Of a DNA stretch of 64,000 bases, positions 50,199 to 64,000 are shown piece after piece. The first letter of the stretch is position 1; each line of letters begins with the position of its first letter. Source of the DNA: Ptychomitrium polyphyllum (lineage: Eukaryota); the NCBI GenBank assembly GCA_973851085.1, contig OZ316776.1, forward strand, positions 1 to 64,000, read 5' to 3'. The notes under the pieces were generated by a model. It was not told where the DNA came from and did no database searches. It saw only the letters and a list, made by a program, of their open reading frames with translations. The translations under genes and the position numbers were made by a program.

Positions 50199-52760
50199 GG
50201 GGGGGAGGCTCATCCCACAGTCAGTGAGTGCTAACTACACCAGAGTGCAAAATCATAAACCTGGGAACCCTACAAGCAAGCAAGGCTGTGAGTTAATCAT
50301 GAGCGTGCGAGTGATGGGTGAGGGTGAGGTGATACAATTGTGCATGACCAATTCGGTTGGGGGGTGGTAAAGAAGCGAGGGGATCAAGGACACGGGTGAA
50401 AGAGCGAGGGGAACGAGGCAACCATGACGAAAAGCACACAAGTGCACACAAGCCCAGCCTGGCAGCGCAGAAATGCGGAGAGAGAGTCGGAGAGAGGCCC
50501 TTAGTGGGGAAGTGAGGGCTGGCACGGTCAAGCAAACACCAACATTGGGCGCCCAGCCCCAAGTTTCCTAAAATCAAACACGTGCACTTACAGAGGACCA
50601 GACCAGCAAACCCGACGAACAGCAACACTGGCCCCCTACCTCGCCTCTCACCAACCAATCGTGGCTTCTCCCCTCCGTTCTCACCTCCGCCCAGGGAATG
50701 TACCAGTGTAAGTGGAAGCTCAGCAATCACCGTGAGCACTGAGCGCTGAGCAACCCTATTTGCACATCTCTACAACCAACAGTAAATACGTCGTGTTTTT
50801 CAAACCACCTAAACTACACCTTTTTAACAACCCTTGCACAAAATCAAACAAACATGTCAATTATGTTCCTAATGGATTATCAAATGAATTTACCTAGCCG
50901 ACTGTCCTATGAAACACCTCCATCAAATCACAACCAAGTTTAATAAGTTTAATTAGCTATTTAGCCAAATCCTCATTTGCGGAAGACATAATGATTACCA
51001 AAACCACCTCAAAAGACGGCATAGCCACGTTTTCTTCCAACATCTTTCTAACCATATGAAAAATTATGTCATCAACATGCATCAAAATATAGTCTTTAAA
51101 AATCTTCCAAAAACATCAAGAACCTTTTAGTAGCTTTTAATTACCTTCCAAGCACCTTCCAATAACTTCTAGTAGATTGCAATTCTTTAAAAAAAATTCC
51201 AAGAAGATTTTACAAACCTCTATAACATTCTATGGCTTCATAAGAAGCTTCTCTCAAAATATCTTAGAAAGCATAGGCTTCATTGTTGCAACCCTTGTAA
51301 TGCACCTTAACAAACATCACGCACATCAAACATGTACACCTCCATATGCACATGATTAACCCCCATTTTCACTCTTTAAGTCCCATGCTTATTTTCCAAT
51401 TCTTCCTACCATTTCTCTTAGGACACCCAATTAATTGGTAGCCAATAGTTAGGTGCAGACTTCCATTCATGTCTAAAGCCTCACTTGGTATTATTCCCAT
51501 TCCACACGGCTTGACCGCACTTAGTGGTGTCTCCTTACTACCACTCATGATCCCCATATGATCCTAAAATCACCCCGGGTCACCATGCTGTAGGCGTAAA
51601 GACACCACTCCAGCTTAATGATAACAAGCGTACCTTTTAGATCTCACTAGTTCCTTTCATGAAACGAGCCACCCACAGGCTTACAATGGTATGGAAGTCC
51701 TTGTAGTGAAGCCCCAATACTAGCTCCACCCATCGGAACTTACCTTTTATTCCTACCGGAACACTATGAAAGTGGAGAGGGAAATCAACCCTCCCTTATA
51801 GTACTTTCTATAGGATTTGGCAGGCCCCCTAGCCCTCTGTAGTTGATTGAACCCTGACACACCCGAAACTTTGGAAGACCACCTATCTCTCTTAAAACTT
51901 AGCCACTGGAAGCCTCCAAAACTTTCTGCGGACCTTCAGGGAGCCATATTTTTCAAGTTTGGTCTTTGAATCTAATGAGCAATCATTCTATCATCATTTG
52001 CTCTTTGTGCAGATGCCAATAAACTCCTCAAACATTTGATTTGACTTAGTATTCTGGGAGATATGCTTCTTCCAAGGTTCGGAACTCCCAGGTAGTTCCT
52101 CCTTGCACTATCCTAGTCCAGCACAATCACAGTTTAGGACTGCCACAGTCTAGAACGGCCCTTGGCAACTCCAACTTTGAGATGCCAAATTTTTAGCTTC
52201 TTTGTTTGATTTAAACAATCTTTAGCATTCTAGAATCAATTCATTGTGAATTCTCCAATGCCTACAATTTCGTCCTTGTGGCCTTTAGTCTGTCACGGAC
52301 ATAAATCATGCAACATAGTCCTTAGAACATTCTAGAACCTTCTAGTATACTAGAATAGTTTCTTAAAATACTTTTAGATGTCTCCATAGCCTTTTTTATG
52401 ATTTTAGGAAGCTTCCCAGGAAAGTTCTTCCACCTTAAGAAACTTCCTAGGAAGGTTCTATCATCTTAGGTTATTTCCTAGGAAACTTCCTAGGAAGCTT
52501 CCATCACCTTAGGAAACATCCTAGGAAGGTTCTACCTCTTCAAGAAACTTCCTAAGAAGGTTCCGCTACCTTAGGAAACTTCCAAAGAAGGTTCCAACTC
52601 CTTGGAAGCTTCCAAAGAAGGTTCCAATTCCTTGGAAGCTACTTATGAAGGTTCCAACATCCTAGGAAACTTCTTGGGAAGGTTCCTTAGACTTCTAGAA
52701 CATTCTTAAGCCTTGTAGGAAGCTTCTTTAGAAGTATCATAGGAGATACAAACGTCCTAG

Positions 52761-52767
52761 TATAAAT
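52761..52767 (+). promoter_or_regulatory. LTR TATA box
   Basis: TATAAAT lies 30 nt upstream of the sequence complementary to the PBS, which is the predicted transcript 5' end. Confidence 0.7.
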
Positions 52768-53170
52768 AGGAGGCAAGACAAGGTATTCCTTAGTCTTGCC
52801 AACACAAGTTGTGGATCATCTTGAATCCTACCTTGTTCTAGTCTTTGTATCAACTTCTTGTTAATCATTAGCTCTTTGAAAGCTAATTCTTGGGAAACAC
52901 TTCGTTTTTGCTTCTTGTTTCTTGTGTCCCTAACAGTTTGGCCAGACTACTTTTCATCTTTGTCAGAGCTAAGGTTCTTTGAAGAAGATTGTGGATTATC
53001 CATCTTCTTTAGGATTCCATAGCGTTTTAGAGGTTGCGGATTACCCTCCTCTAAGCTGGCACCATAGAGTTGGTTTCTCCTTCTAGAATCAAGTATTACT
53101 TCTTTCAAAGTACGTGGATTTCCTCCTTTGAAAATACTCAAACTCTTTCTGTCTTTGAGAGTCTTAAGAA

Positions 53171-56100
53171 ATGGATAATGTGCCTGGAACATCAGAGAAT
53201 AAGTTTGCAACTATTGCAGACCTTCAAGAGTTAGTAAACACAGTTCGAACGGAACTCGCCCGTTTTAATACCACCAACAATTTGGAGCAACACACTCGGC
53301 AAACTGAAGAATCCAATGGTGATATTCAAAGCCTATATCAAGAGGTTTTTCGATTGCGAGAGGCCAATATTGGAAGAGAAGGTTTCCGTCAAACCCACTC
53401 AAAACCAAAGATTAGTATGCCAAACAAGTTTGATGGATCAAGATCGAAATTGAGAGGCTTCGTTCAACAAGTAAGATTCTTCCTTAGTTTGCATCAATCT
53501 CGCTATCCTGATGGCACTACTCAAGTGGGATTTGTGGCCACTCTTTTATCAAACAATGCACTATCATGGTTTGCACCACTAATGGAGAAGCAGTCACCAT
53601 TATTGAACAACTTAGATGCTTTTATAGAAGCATTGACATCTACTTTTGGAGATACCGACCGAGAGAGGGTGGCTGAGACAAGGATCCAGAGTCTCCAACA
53701 AGGGCAGCGTTCAACTGCTACATATGCTGCAGAGTTTTGACAATTAGCTTGCGACCTTGATTGGAATGATAAAGCCTTGGTCACAAGATTTTGATGGGGC
53801 TTAAGAGAAAATGTCAAAGATTTGCTACTCACAATGCCAAGAGTTGAAACATTGGACGAATTCATCACTCAGGCAATAGCATGTGACAACAGACTATTTG
53901 AGAGGCGCCAAGAACAACGCTTGGGATGGCGACCAGTACATCAAAGCATGGGTACCACTTCTTCAAGAATATTGGAAAGCCGACCGCAAGGACCAGAACC
54001 TATGCAAATTGATGCTGCCCAGTTCAGATGCTTGACTCCAGAAGAAAAGGAAAGGCATCGAAGAGAAAACCTCTGCTTGTATTGTGGCAAGTCTGGACAT
54101 AAAGTGCGCGACTGCCAAATCAAAGGATTTGCTTTTAAGGCTCAAAGCACGATAGTGGAGTTGGAAAACGAGGTTGTCCAGTCACAGTAGGGACCATGCG
54201 ATTGGACACCACAAGGAAACCACCATCAAATCAAGGTTTCTTATTACCTTCAAACCCTACCTCTTGTTTTACATTTCCTATCAAAATTAAATTGTTAAAT
54301 GATGAAATAATTAGCGAGGCTCTTTTAGACACTGGTGCAACGGCATGTTTTATGGACAAGGATTTTGCAACCAAACATCACATGGTGCTTGTGAAGAAAA
54401 AATATCCCGCACCTGTTGAAGTTATTGATGGACGATCTCTTGCGTCTGGCAACGTTATTGAAGAAACTCAACCATTGGAGGTTATTTTAGGAGACCAGGC
54501 ATCTAAGATTGTCTTCAATATCATTCAATGCCGAACGAATCCTATTGTTTTGGGCCTTCCTTGGTTTGAATTACATAATCTAGACATTGACTGGCGCTCA
54601 CGGAGTGTGGTCTCAAGGAAAAGACGCCAAGGTACGAGAAATCTTGGACCATCGTTTATTGGAGCTAAGGCATTTATAAGAGCGGCGAAGGATGAACCAA
54701 TCTATGCCATTTATGCCACGCCAATGTCTAGTTCTACAATAGAGACTAATAAAAACATACCTCGTCAATATCAAGATTATAAAGATGTTTTTGAAAAGAA
54801 GAATGCGGACATGTTACCAAAGCACCGGCCATACGATTGTACCATTGAGTTGCAAGAAGGAACCCAACCACTTTTTGGACCTATTTATAACTTATCACAA
54901 ACTGAGTTGGCTGCCTTGAGAGAATATATTGATGAAAACCTTGGAAAGGGTTTCATTCAACATTCTAAATCACCTGCTGGAGTACCCATTCTATTTGTAA
55001 AGAAGAAAGATGGATCATTGCATATATGCGTGGACTATCGAGGCTCAACAAAGTAACAAAAAAGAATCGCTATCCATTACCATTAATCTCAGAACTCCTA
55101 CAACAACTTGGCCAAGCAAAGATATTCACCAAAATTGATCTTAGAGGAGCTTACAATCTTGTACGCATCAAAGAAGGAGACAAATGGAAGACAGCTTTTC
55201 GATCTAGGTATGGTCATTTTGAATACAATGTCATGCCTTTTGGCCTTACTAATGCTCCCGCAGTCTTTCAACATATGATGAATGATATCTTCCATGAACA
55301 TCTTGATGATTTTGTAGTCATCTACTTAGATGATATTTTGATATATTCAAAGGATGAACAAGACCACAAATGTCATGTGCAAATGGTCTTAGAAAAACTA
55401 CTCCAGCGAGGATTATATGCCAAATTAAAGAAGTGCCTTTTCCACAAATCCTCGGTTGAATTTTTAGGCTACATCATTTCCAAAGGAGGAATCCATATGG
55501 ATAAGAAAAAAATAAGCACTGTCACGGAGTGGAATATGCCAAGATCAATTCAAAATGTTCAATGCTTCTTGGAATTTGCAAACTTCTATAGAATATTCAT
55601 CAAGAATTATTCCAAGATTGCGGCACCATTAACACGTCTTACAAGGAAGCAAAAATTCATTTGGGATGAAGAGGCGGAAAAAGCATTTCAAAGTCTTAAG
55701 AAGTCATTCACGTCGGCTCCAATTCTAATTCATCCAAATCCATCAAAGCCTTTTTATTTGGAAGCGGATGCCTCAGATTTTGCGCTTGGCTCAGTACTCT
55801 CACAATATGATGAAGACGGGAGACTTCACCCTCTTGCCTTTCATTCAAGGAAGTTCTCAGCGGCAGAGATCAACTATGATATACATGATAAAGAACTACT
55901 TGCAATTGTGGATGCGTTTGAAGAATGGCGACACTTATTGGAAGGAACTCAACATACCATCACGATATACATAGACTACAAGAACTTGGAGTATTTCATG
56001 AGTGCACGCATTTTGAATCGCCGTCAAGCAAGGTGGAGTATGTCGCTTTCCAGATTTGACTTTGTCATTACCTATCGATCTGATAGCTTGCAAGGTAAGC

Positions 56101-57657
56101 CAGATGCTTTATCTCGAAGATCTTATTTAGCTCCTCAACCTGGAGATGATGTTTTGAATATTTTATTGAAGCCTAAGAATCTTCAATTGAAAGCAGCCAT
56201 TATTACAACAACATTCCATTTTGACGAAATTCGGAAGGCTTTAAAGAATGACGTTTTTGTTTCAAATATAAAGAAGCGCCTCAAAAACAATGGAAATCCT
56301 TCAAATAGCGATGAGGATTTTGAATTCCAAGAGGGCCTACTTTATTATAAAGGACTTTTGTACCTACCTTCAGGCCCTTTGCGGTTGAAGATCCTTCAAG
56401 CACGTCATGATTTTCCAGCAGCAGGACATTTTGGATTCAATAAAACAATGAAGTTGATTGCTAGAGACTATTGGTGGCCACAAATGTGGAAGTACGTGAG
56501 GACCTTGTTCATGCGACACTTGTGCAAGAGCCACGGTACCAAGGCACCAACCTCATAGTCTCTTCCATCCGCTTCTAGTGCCAAAGAACCCATGGTTGAC
56601 TTTGTCAATGGATTTTATCACAAACCTTCCATACTCCGATTCTAAGGATTCTATTTTGGTAAAGGTGGATCGATTTACAAAAATGGCACATTTCATTCCA
56701 TACAATAAGACGGTAATGGGAGAAAAAACTGCCAAGTTGTTCCTAAATCACGTCTACCGCATACATAGACTATCAGATGATATTGTATCTGATCGAGGGC
56801 CGCAGTTCATTTCCAACTTTTGGAGGGCTCTATTCCAGCTATTACGTGTAAAGATCAATCTTTCTTCAGCACACCATCCACAAATTGATGGCCAAACCGA
56901 ACGCGTGAATCAAATTTTGGAGCAGTACCTTCGTTGTAGCATAAACTACCAGCAAGACAACTGGATGGACCTCTTGCCTTTGGCAAAATTTGCTTACAAC
57001 AATACGGTGCAGTCTTCAACAACTCAAAGTCCATTCTTTGCAAAGTATGGGCATCATCCTCGAACAGATCCATTTTAAGTGAAGCACGTTGGAAGTCCTG
57101 CGGCAGAGGATTTTGCAATTCAACTTGCTAAAATCCATCAAAAAATTACTTTCCAGTTACAACAAGTTGAAGATCGTTACAAAACTTATGCAAATCGCCA
57201 TCAAAAGGACCATCCAAAGTTTAAGGTTGAAGATAGCGTATGGCTCTTACGACGAAATATACAGACAAAAAGACCATCAAAGAACTCAGACTATCAAAGG
57301 CTTGGACCGTTTGAAATCAGCAAACAAATAAATCCGGTTAATTATCGCCTAAAGCTACCACCAAGCATGCAAATTCATCCAGTATTCCACGTATTATTGT
57401 TGGAAACCTATAACAAATCATGTATACCAGAGAGAATTGTTCCTCCGCCTCCTCCGCTGGAAATCAATAATGAAATTGAATATGAAGTGGAATAGATCTT
57501 AGATTCACGCATCAAGAATGGACGTGTGGAGTACCTTATACATTGGCAAGGATATGGCATCAATGACCAAACATGGGAACCTTCAACGAATGTAACAAAC
57601 GCATCCGAGAAGGTACGCGAATTTCATCAAAGATATCCTCAGAAACCAGGTCAGTGA
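53171..57657 (+). pseudogene. Disrupted gag (53171-54190) and pol (about 54165-57657) of the Tcn1-type element
   Basis: ORF fragments carry canonical motifs and are interrupted by premature stops and frameshifts. Confidence 0.94.
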
Positions 57658-59999
57658 TGATGTGTCATCAGCAGTCGTTAGCTTCACAGAGAAGTTTTTC
57701 CTTTGTAGACAAGTATAAGAAGGGAGGAGAGATATCCAAACCTCCAATTGTATGCAGCGTTATTTCCAAGATAGATCATTTCTAGATCCTAGCCAGTATG
57801 TCAAATCTTCGTGTTATCATGGATATGCGTGAAGAGCACTCGGCCATGCCTTCATCAACAACAGCATCTGTTGAGCCAACTCAACTTTCTCAGTCCTCGA
57901 TAACGGAGGATCTGAGTCAAGATATGAGAGGAACATCCCAACGTCGAGTACGACCTTGTGCAGAAGTATTGACTAGTCGCCCTTCACATTCCAGTCTTGA
58001 TTCAGATGCTTGCGCTCTAGTCATCTTGTTAGAAATTGGAAGAGTCACCCCTGGAGGACCCGAAATCTTGTTTGGAGGATGTTTCAAAGGAATTTATTCA
58101 AGATCAGATCTTGGGATGGGACATTTCAACAATAGAAGTCTTGGCTGGTGGCCATTGGCGTTTCTTGCAAGGACCAGTTGAGCCAGTGAACAGAGAACAA
58201 TGAGCAGAGTATGTTGCTTCACTCCTTCGACAAATTTTGGAATTTGTAGAAATGTGACAAGCAAGCCAAGAAAACAACTCCTCATGGGACTCGTCGTTAA
58301 AAGGGGAGGTGATGTCACGGACATAAATCATGCAACATAGTCCTTAGAACATTCTAGAACCTTCTAGTATACTAGAATAGTTTCTTAAAATACTTTTAGA
58401 TGTCTCCATAGCCTTTTTTATGATTTTAGGAAGCTTCCCAGGAAAGTTCTTCCACCTTAAGAAACTTCCTAGGAAGGTTCTATCATCTTAGGTTATTTCC
58501 TAGGAAACTTCCTAGGAAGCTTCCATCACCTTAGGAAACATCCTAGGAAGGTTCTACCTCTTCAAGAAACTTCCTAAGAAGGTTCCGCTACCTTAGGAAA
58601 CTTCCAAAGAAGGTTCCAACTCCTTGGAAGCTTCCAAAGAAGGTTCCAATTCCTTGGAAGCTACTTATGAAGGTTCCAACATCCTAGGAAACTTCTTGGG
58701 AAGGTTCCTTAGACTTCTAGAACATTCTTAAGCCTTGTAGGAAGCTTCTTTAGAAGTATCATAGGAGATACAAACGTCCTAGTATAAATAGGAGGCAAGA
58801 CAAGGTATTCCTTAGTCTTGCCAACACAAGTTGTGGATCATCTTGAATCCTACCTTGTTCTAGTCTTTGTATCAACTTCTTGTTAATCATTAGCTCTTTG
58901 GAAGCTAATTCTTGGGAAACACTTCGTTTTTGCTTCTTGTTTCTTGTGTTCCTAACACAGTCTATATGGGCAAGGATGTTTCTCTTCTTTAGATCCTTTC
59001 CAGGCTAGGCCCACTTGGATCACTTCACTATTAGCGCCACAAGTCTTAGACGTCACTCCGGGGTCCTCCTTGTGCCCTTACTGTTGCGAGCACTCCTTAA
59101 GAAGAAGTGCGCAACGTTCATGGTATAAACTGAACGCAAAATAAAATATACCTTAGATTGGCCAATACAAATTGTAGAATATATTTATTGTGCTATCTTG
59201 TTTCTAGCTCTTACACATGTTCTTGTCATCTAATAGTTTATTAGAGACTAGTTCTTGGAACTATTTTTTGTTAAGTTCTTTATTATTTATGTCCTTGATA
59301 AATTCCTTCCAACTTTAAATCTTATATCATTAGCTCAACACTGGAAAAAATAGATACATACAACATTTTGTAAATTAAAGAGTACAAATTTCTTAATAAT
59401 AGCCCCTTCATCATATGCTAAAGTCAAAATAATAGCCCCTTCATCATATGTTAAAGTCAAAATAATAGCTAAAGCTATAAACCCAACATTAACAAGTTAA
59501 ATTGATAGTATCAACCAAGCTTGGTCAATTTAATCATACTAACCATTGTTGACAACCATGCAAGTTCATTTATTGTTCACGCTACCATCTCAATTACAAT
59601 TTGGACATGTGTAGAAATTGTAACTTTATTTCTCTTAAAGTGCCAAACATATAAATAATTGGAATATGAGTGTTTGCTTTAATTCTACTTCAATAGCAAA
59701 AGTTATAATAAAATTTATATTTGAATTTTTTACAATGATTAAAATTGGTTGGAAATTAATTATTTCAATATAAATTGGTTGGAAATTAATTACTTTAAGT
59801 CTTATCTTTAATTTGAAACAACCAAACTTTGAAATTTGATTATTAATTCCAAAAAATCAAGATGCCCTTTGTTTTAAATGTTGGTCTTTTAAGTGACCAT
59901 ATTATTTACAATTACACCAGGTATTCAATTAATGAATAGGAACATTGCTTTGAAAAGTTCTAGATAGAAAGATTATTTGTTTTTCCAAATATTTATTGA

Positions 60000-60448
60000 T
60001 GACAAGGACATGAATCATGCAATATAATATTTAAAATCTTTTAGAACCTCCAGGTTCATTGTAATACCTTTTTGGAATGCTTCTACAGTCATTCCACATC
60101 TTCCAAAAGCTTCTTAAGAAAGTTCCACTTCCTTTGGAAACTTCTTTGGAAGGGTACGTAGACTTCTAAAATATTCTTAAATTTCATAGGAAGCTTCTTT
60201 AAAAGTATCTTAGGAAATATAAGCGTCATAAGATAAATAGGAGGCAAGACAAGGTATACCTTAGTCTTACCAACACAAGTTGTAAATCAAGACAAGGTAT
60301 ACCTTAGTCTTACCAACACAAGTTGTAAATCATATTGTACTATGCTCTTGTTCTAGACTTTGTATTAGTTTTTATCAATCATCAATTCCTTATAAGTTTT
60401 TTGTGGAGACTACTTCGTGTTTGCTTCTTGTTTCTTGTGACCCTAACA
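60000..60448 (+). mobile_element. Degenerate solo LTR related to the Tcn1-type element
   Basis: TGACAAGGACATGAATCATGCAA...TAAATAGGAGGCAAGACAAGGTAT...TTCTTGTGACCCTAACA. Flanks are ATTGA/ATTAA, and there is an internal duplication of about 43 bp at 60245-60332. Confidence 0.85.
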
Positions 60449-61959
60449 ATTAAAGCCTTTACAAAAGCTAGTGATGTTGTATTCAATTATAATGTGTTTA
60501 TAGATTTGATATTCTAATCTTTGCTTTCGATGTCTACTTTAATTGCATTTAACTTTGATTATTTGGAAGTTAAAATAACTTTTTTTGATTCTTGTGTACA
60601 CACGTCCATGCATGCTTCTGATATGTTGTATTACCATTTAATGACTATTAATACTGAAAATACCATCTTTAATACATTGCTATTGCTAATAATGACGACC
60701 TCTAATTTTACATTTATAATTATAACACCACATTCAAAGAGCAAAAATAAAGAGGAAGAAGAATTAAAATCTATCATTATTTAAGTGAAGCAATTTTAGC
60801 TTTATAAATAAGTTTATCTAGCATTATTAAATATTATTTATTATATTGAAATAATATTTGTAATTTTCCACAATACCATTTTATGATTTCATTTTTTTAT
60901 ATATACTAGCCTAAAGTGACTTCTTTCATGCCTTAACAAAAATCATTTTTTACAAATCTAGATTTTCTTAGCAATGCCTCACATTTTTTTTAATTACATT
61001 AGGGCCATTTTTTTCAATATATTATAAACAACTTTTGTTGATTATAAAAAATAGGCATTTATCAATAGTTTAAAGTTTTTACAATTTTCAATGAATATAT
61101 TACAATATACAATAGTTTTGACAATTTTTAAATCTTTAGTTTAAATAATGTTGCTTCATCATTCAATTGCAATGGTTAAAGTATTGTTCTTGATAAATAA
61201 AGTGACAATTTTGTTAATTTCTTTACATGCAATTTGGAATTATGTTTAGATTAAATTTATGTATTATTATAATATTTCTATAATATTAAGATCTCTATAC
61301 AAAATTTCCAATAAGTGATTAAAGAAGTTAAAAAGAAAAAAAAGTGATAAAAATAAATAATAAAAATAGGTTTCAAAAATTTATAAAACTAATAATTATT
61401 ATATTAACTAGAGTGTTCCATCTATTCTAAACTTAGTTAATGTTTCAAAAAAAATTCCAAGAAGTTCCATTCACTATTAACCGCTTAGGAAGAGTAATCA
61501 TCTTATGCTTACACAATCACTTTTCCCATTGAGTTATAATATGTGCACCATTTCAAAGCACACATGAGGTGAAGAACGTCAAATCACTTTATGGTTGAAA
61601 GAAAAGTTGAGTTTATAAATCCTTATAGAATATTTATAAGATAAGAATTTTACAATGTCAAACTATTTATAAATACAAAAAAAAATCCCCTCGTCATTCA
61701 AAGTAAAAATGCAATATGATTCATTCATGACTAGGAGTGACAAATTTTGACTAATAAGTTGCAGAGATACATAGTTTCTGCAAGACTTACAAGTTGAAAT
61801 AAAGCTTGAACGCTTATCAACTACAATGCCTTATTACAATAGTAAAGGACTAAGCATTCAATGCCTTTTAATCAGACAATATTCTTCTGCTTTCCTACAA
61901 TCAACATATACTTAGAGAAAAACTAGTATAATTTACTTTAATCAATTAAATTATAAGTC

Positions 61960-63900
61960 AAATATACATTATAGATTTGTCGACGTTTTGGCGCATCATT
62001 CAACCTACAAATGTAATTGGAAAATGCTCTATTACCTAAATCACATATTCTTTGTACTTCACTTTTTCCTCCTTTAGGTATTTGCTCATTTCTTTCACAT
62101 ACGCTTGCATATGCTCACCCATAAACTTTGCCACTACAAAATCCTCCATTTGTATACACTTAGCCACTGCATAGAACAGATTTTTCAAGCCATACTTCTC
62201 TTCTTCCGTCTAAACCATTCTAATTGTCAAACATCAACCATCAAATAGATGAGGGTTAGTTTAACTAATAATTAACATCCGGCATTGCCACCAACATTTG
62301 AAAGTATAATTAATAGCATAATAAATTATAGATTTGAAATGTCACCAGATTGTATTGCAAAATGGCTCCACATAAGGCTAAGCGCAAATTCATATTAGCT
62401 TTCTTAAACACCACGTCCAATGTCTCTCTTCCAATATTGTCAAAATAGACATCTATTATGTTAAGAAAGTGCCTACATAATGACACAAAGCTTTCTACAC
62501 CAAATTTTAATGCAACGAAATTAAATTACCAACCAATCAAGTTCATATACTCTTCCTTCAAATTAAAGAAAAGAATGCCATATAGAAGTCTTCAATATCT
62601 CACTTGTCTAGAATTGCAGACAAATCCTTTTTTTTCTTGTACTTGAAAGCATTGTCAAAGCCTAACTTCGTCTTCAGTAATTCGACCTACAACTTATGCA
62701 TATAATGGTTTGATGTAGATGGGCTATTAGGTATAATCTACTTGTACAAGAGTAGTTCTTAAAACATTGTAATGGACTACTACATGCAACACATACAAAC
62801 CTACAAACTATCTCACAAATAGAAACCACGCTGATAAAGTAAACTTGAGACAAATTAAAAGTCAACTCGTAATCACAAATAGATATGATTTCACCTTTTC
62901 ATTTGAACCAGGGCTTCCTAAAGCACAACAACCATAGAGTAATTGGCCAACAATTTGGCCAATTGTGCTAGCATTTTGCTGATACAAATATTTGCTTTTC
63001 AAACATCAGCTTTTCAATGAGTTTCAAATCCACCCACGCCATGAATCCACACATACTTATTTTCAACACAATTAATTCACACAATCAATAAGATAATCGA
63101 TTGTAGTTTAATGAAAAAATTTATTACTGTGAAATTCCTTGGAAAGCACTATTGTCTTATACAACATGAATAATAAATGCAAGATAAATTTTGCAAAAGT
63201 AAGATGGGATAAGAGTATATTCATCCAAATTTGATGTACGAGTTATAGCTTACAGGCAATGAATTGAGATTCCTATTTAAGAGAGCATTATATTGAAAAT
63301 AAAATGATCCAATAAGTAAGACTCACCAAGTACATCCAGATAGCAGGAGGGTGGTGCTTGAGATGTATCTACCTTCTACACGCCCTGCCCCTTTGATACA
63401 ACAATATATCCAACTATCATATCACCAATTTTGAATTCAAGGTTTGCGGACATTACCACCTCGTCAACAACACCACCCCTCATGGATTGCATGACAAAAG
63501 CCAAATTGGAATGTCAAATATTCTTCAAGAACCAATGATGACCAAAAATCCAACCATCTATAGTTAGTTCAATGTTTTTTTAAAAGACATGCCAAACATA
63601 AGATAATGAAGGTACACAAATTTGGACAGTAATATGTGAATTATAAATTAGACATTAGAAGTCAAGTGTGCAGCTTTGAAAAACCTGACCTATCCTACTT
63701 GATATGACCCAACTCTAAGAATGTCCTCTTGCGCTATGAATTCACATTAATATTGATTAAAGAAGATGTACAAGAATTTAAAAACCACATTGTTGGAATC
63801 AGGTTGCATGTGAACTAAAATAAGCTTCCACTAATCTGAAGACTCACTTTATTCACACATCCCTTATTGTATGTAATTCTATGATTTGCGTTGTAGTTAA
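61960..63900 (-). pseudogene. NADP-dependent 2-alkenal reductase (PTGR-like MDR family) pseudogene with introns
   Basis: Minus-strand remnants include FKIGDMIVG...KGQGV*KVDTSQAPPSCYLDVL; GFMAWVDLKLI; IGQIVGQL; GSPGSNEKV; GFDNAFKYK; and IDVYFDNIGRETLDVV...LALCGAILQYN. Many stops and frameshifts. Confidence 0.85.
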
Positions 63901-64000
63901 AGATTATGTATGCATAATTTGGAGTACTTACTTGAAAATCTATTATGGCTTACAATTGATTGATGATCATGGTATTTGGAAGTGAAGTACTAACGGGCTA

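Larger units (their letters stand above)
52291..58957 (+). mobile_element. Full-length Tcn1-type Gypsy chromovirus, nested, coding region disabled
   Basis: 645-bp LTRs at 52291-52935 and 58313-58957 (TG...CA, nearly identical). PPT AAAAGGGGAGGTGA. TSD TAGTC/CAGTC. Gag with PEPMQID and CLYCGKSGHKVRDC, PR LLDTGA, RT YLDD, RH, INT and a chromodomain. No tRNA PBS. Confidence 0.97.
51284..59116 (-). mobile_element. Old solo LTR of the same family as element 21235-28993, split by a nested insertion (pieces 51284-52290 and 58963-59116)
   Basis: Reverse-complement similarity to the whole 1145-bp LTR. Perfect TSD TTCAT at 51279-51283 and 59117-59121. Confidence 0.92.

Overview
This is the left end of a land-plant chromosome. 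The Arabidopsis-type CCCTAAA telomere, intron-rich genes and moss-like chromoviruses suggest a moss such as Physcomitrium patens (inference). In order, the window holds: (1) about 1 kb of telomere joined directly onto a headless heptad-repeat reading frame; (2) a GC-rich subtelomeric zone of about 10 kb built from repeated non-coding modules. These modules frame two different minus-strand genes with no evident introns: a TRF-like (TRFL5/10-type) telobox-Myb gene split by a +1 frameshift, and an orphan 517-aa ORF whose motif order recalls Rep_trans rolling-circle initiators; (3) a scrambled GCN1/ILITYHIA pseudogene bracketed by interstitial telomere tracts; (4) a full-length Met-PBS Gypsy chromovirus; (5) two apparently intact convergent genes, a KEULE/Sec1-family SM protein and a PLA-I-type LRR-ARM-patatin phospholipase; (6) a self-priming Tcn1-type chromovirus nested in a solo LTR; (7) an alkenal-reductase pseudogene. 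Two signals stand out. One is the subtelomeric two-gene cassette system. The other is a pair of sites where coding sequence appears to have been locally overwritten with telomere repeat, each with an internal comparator.
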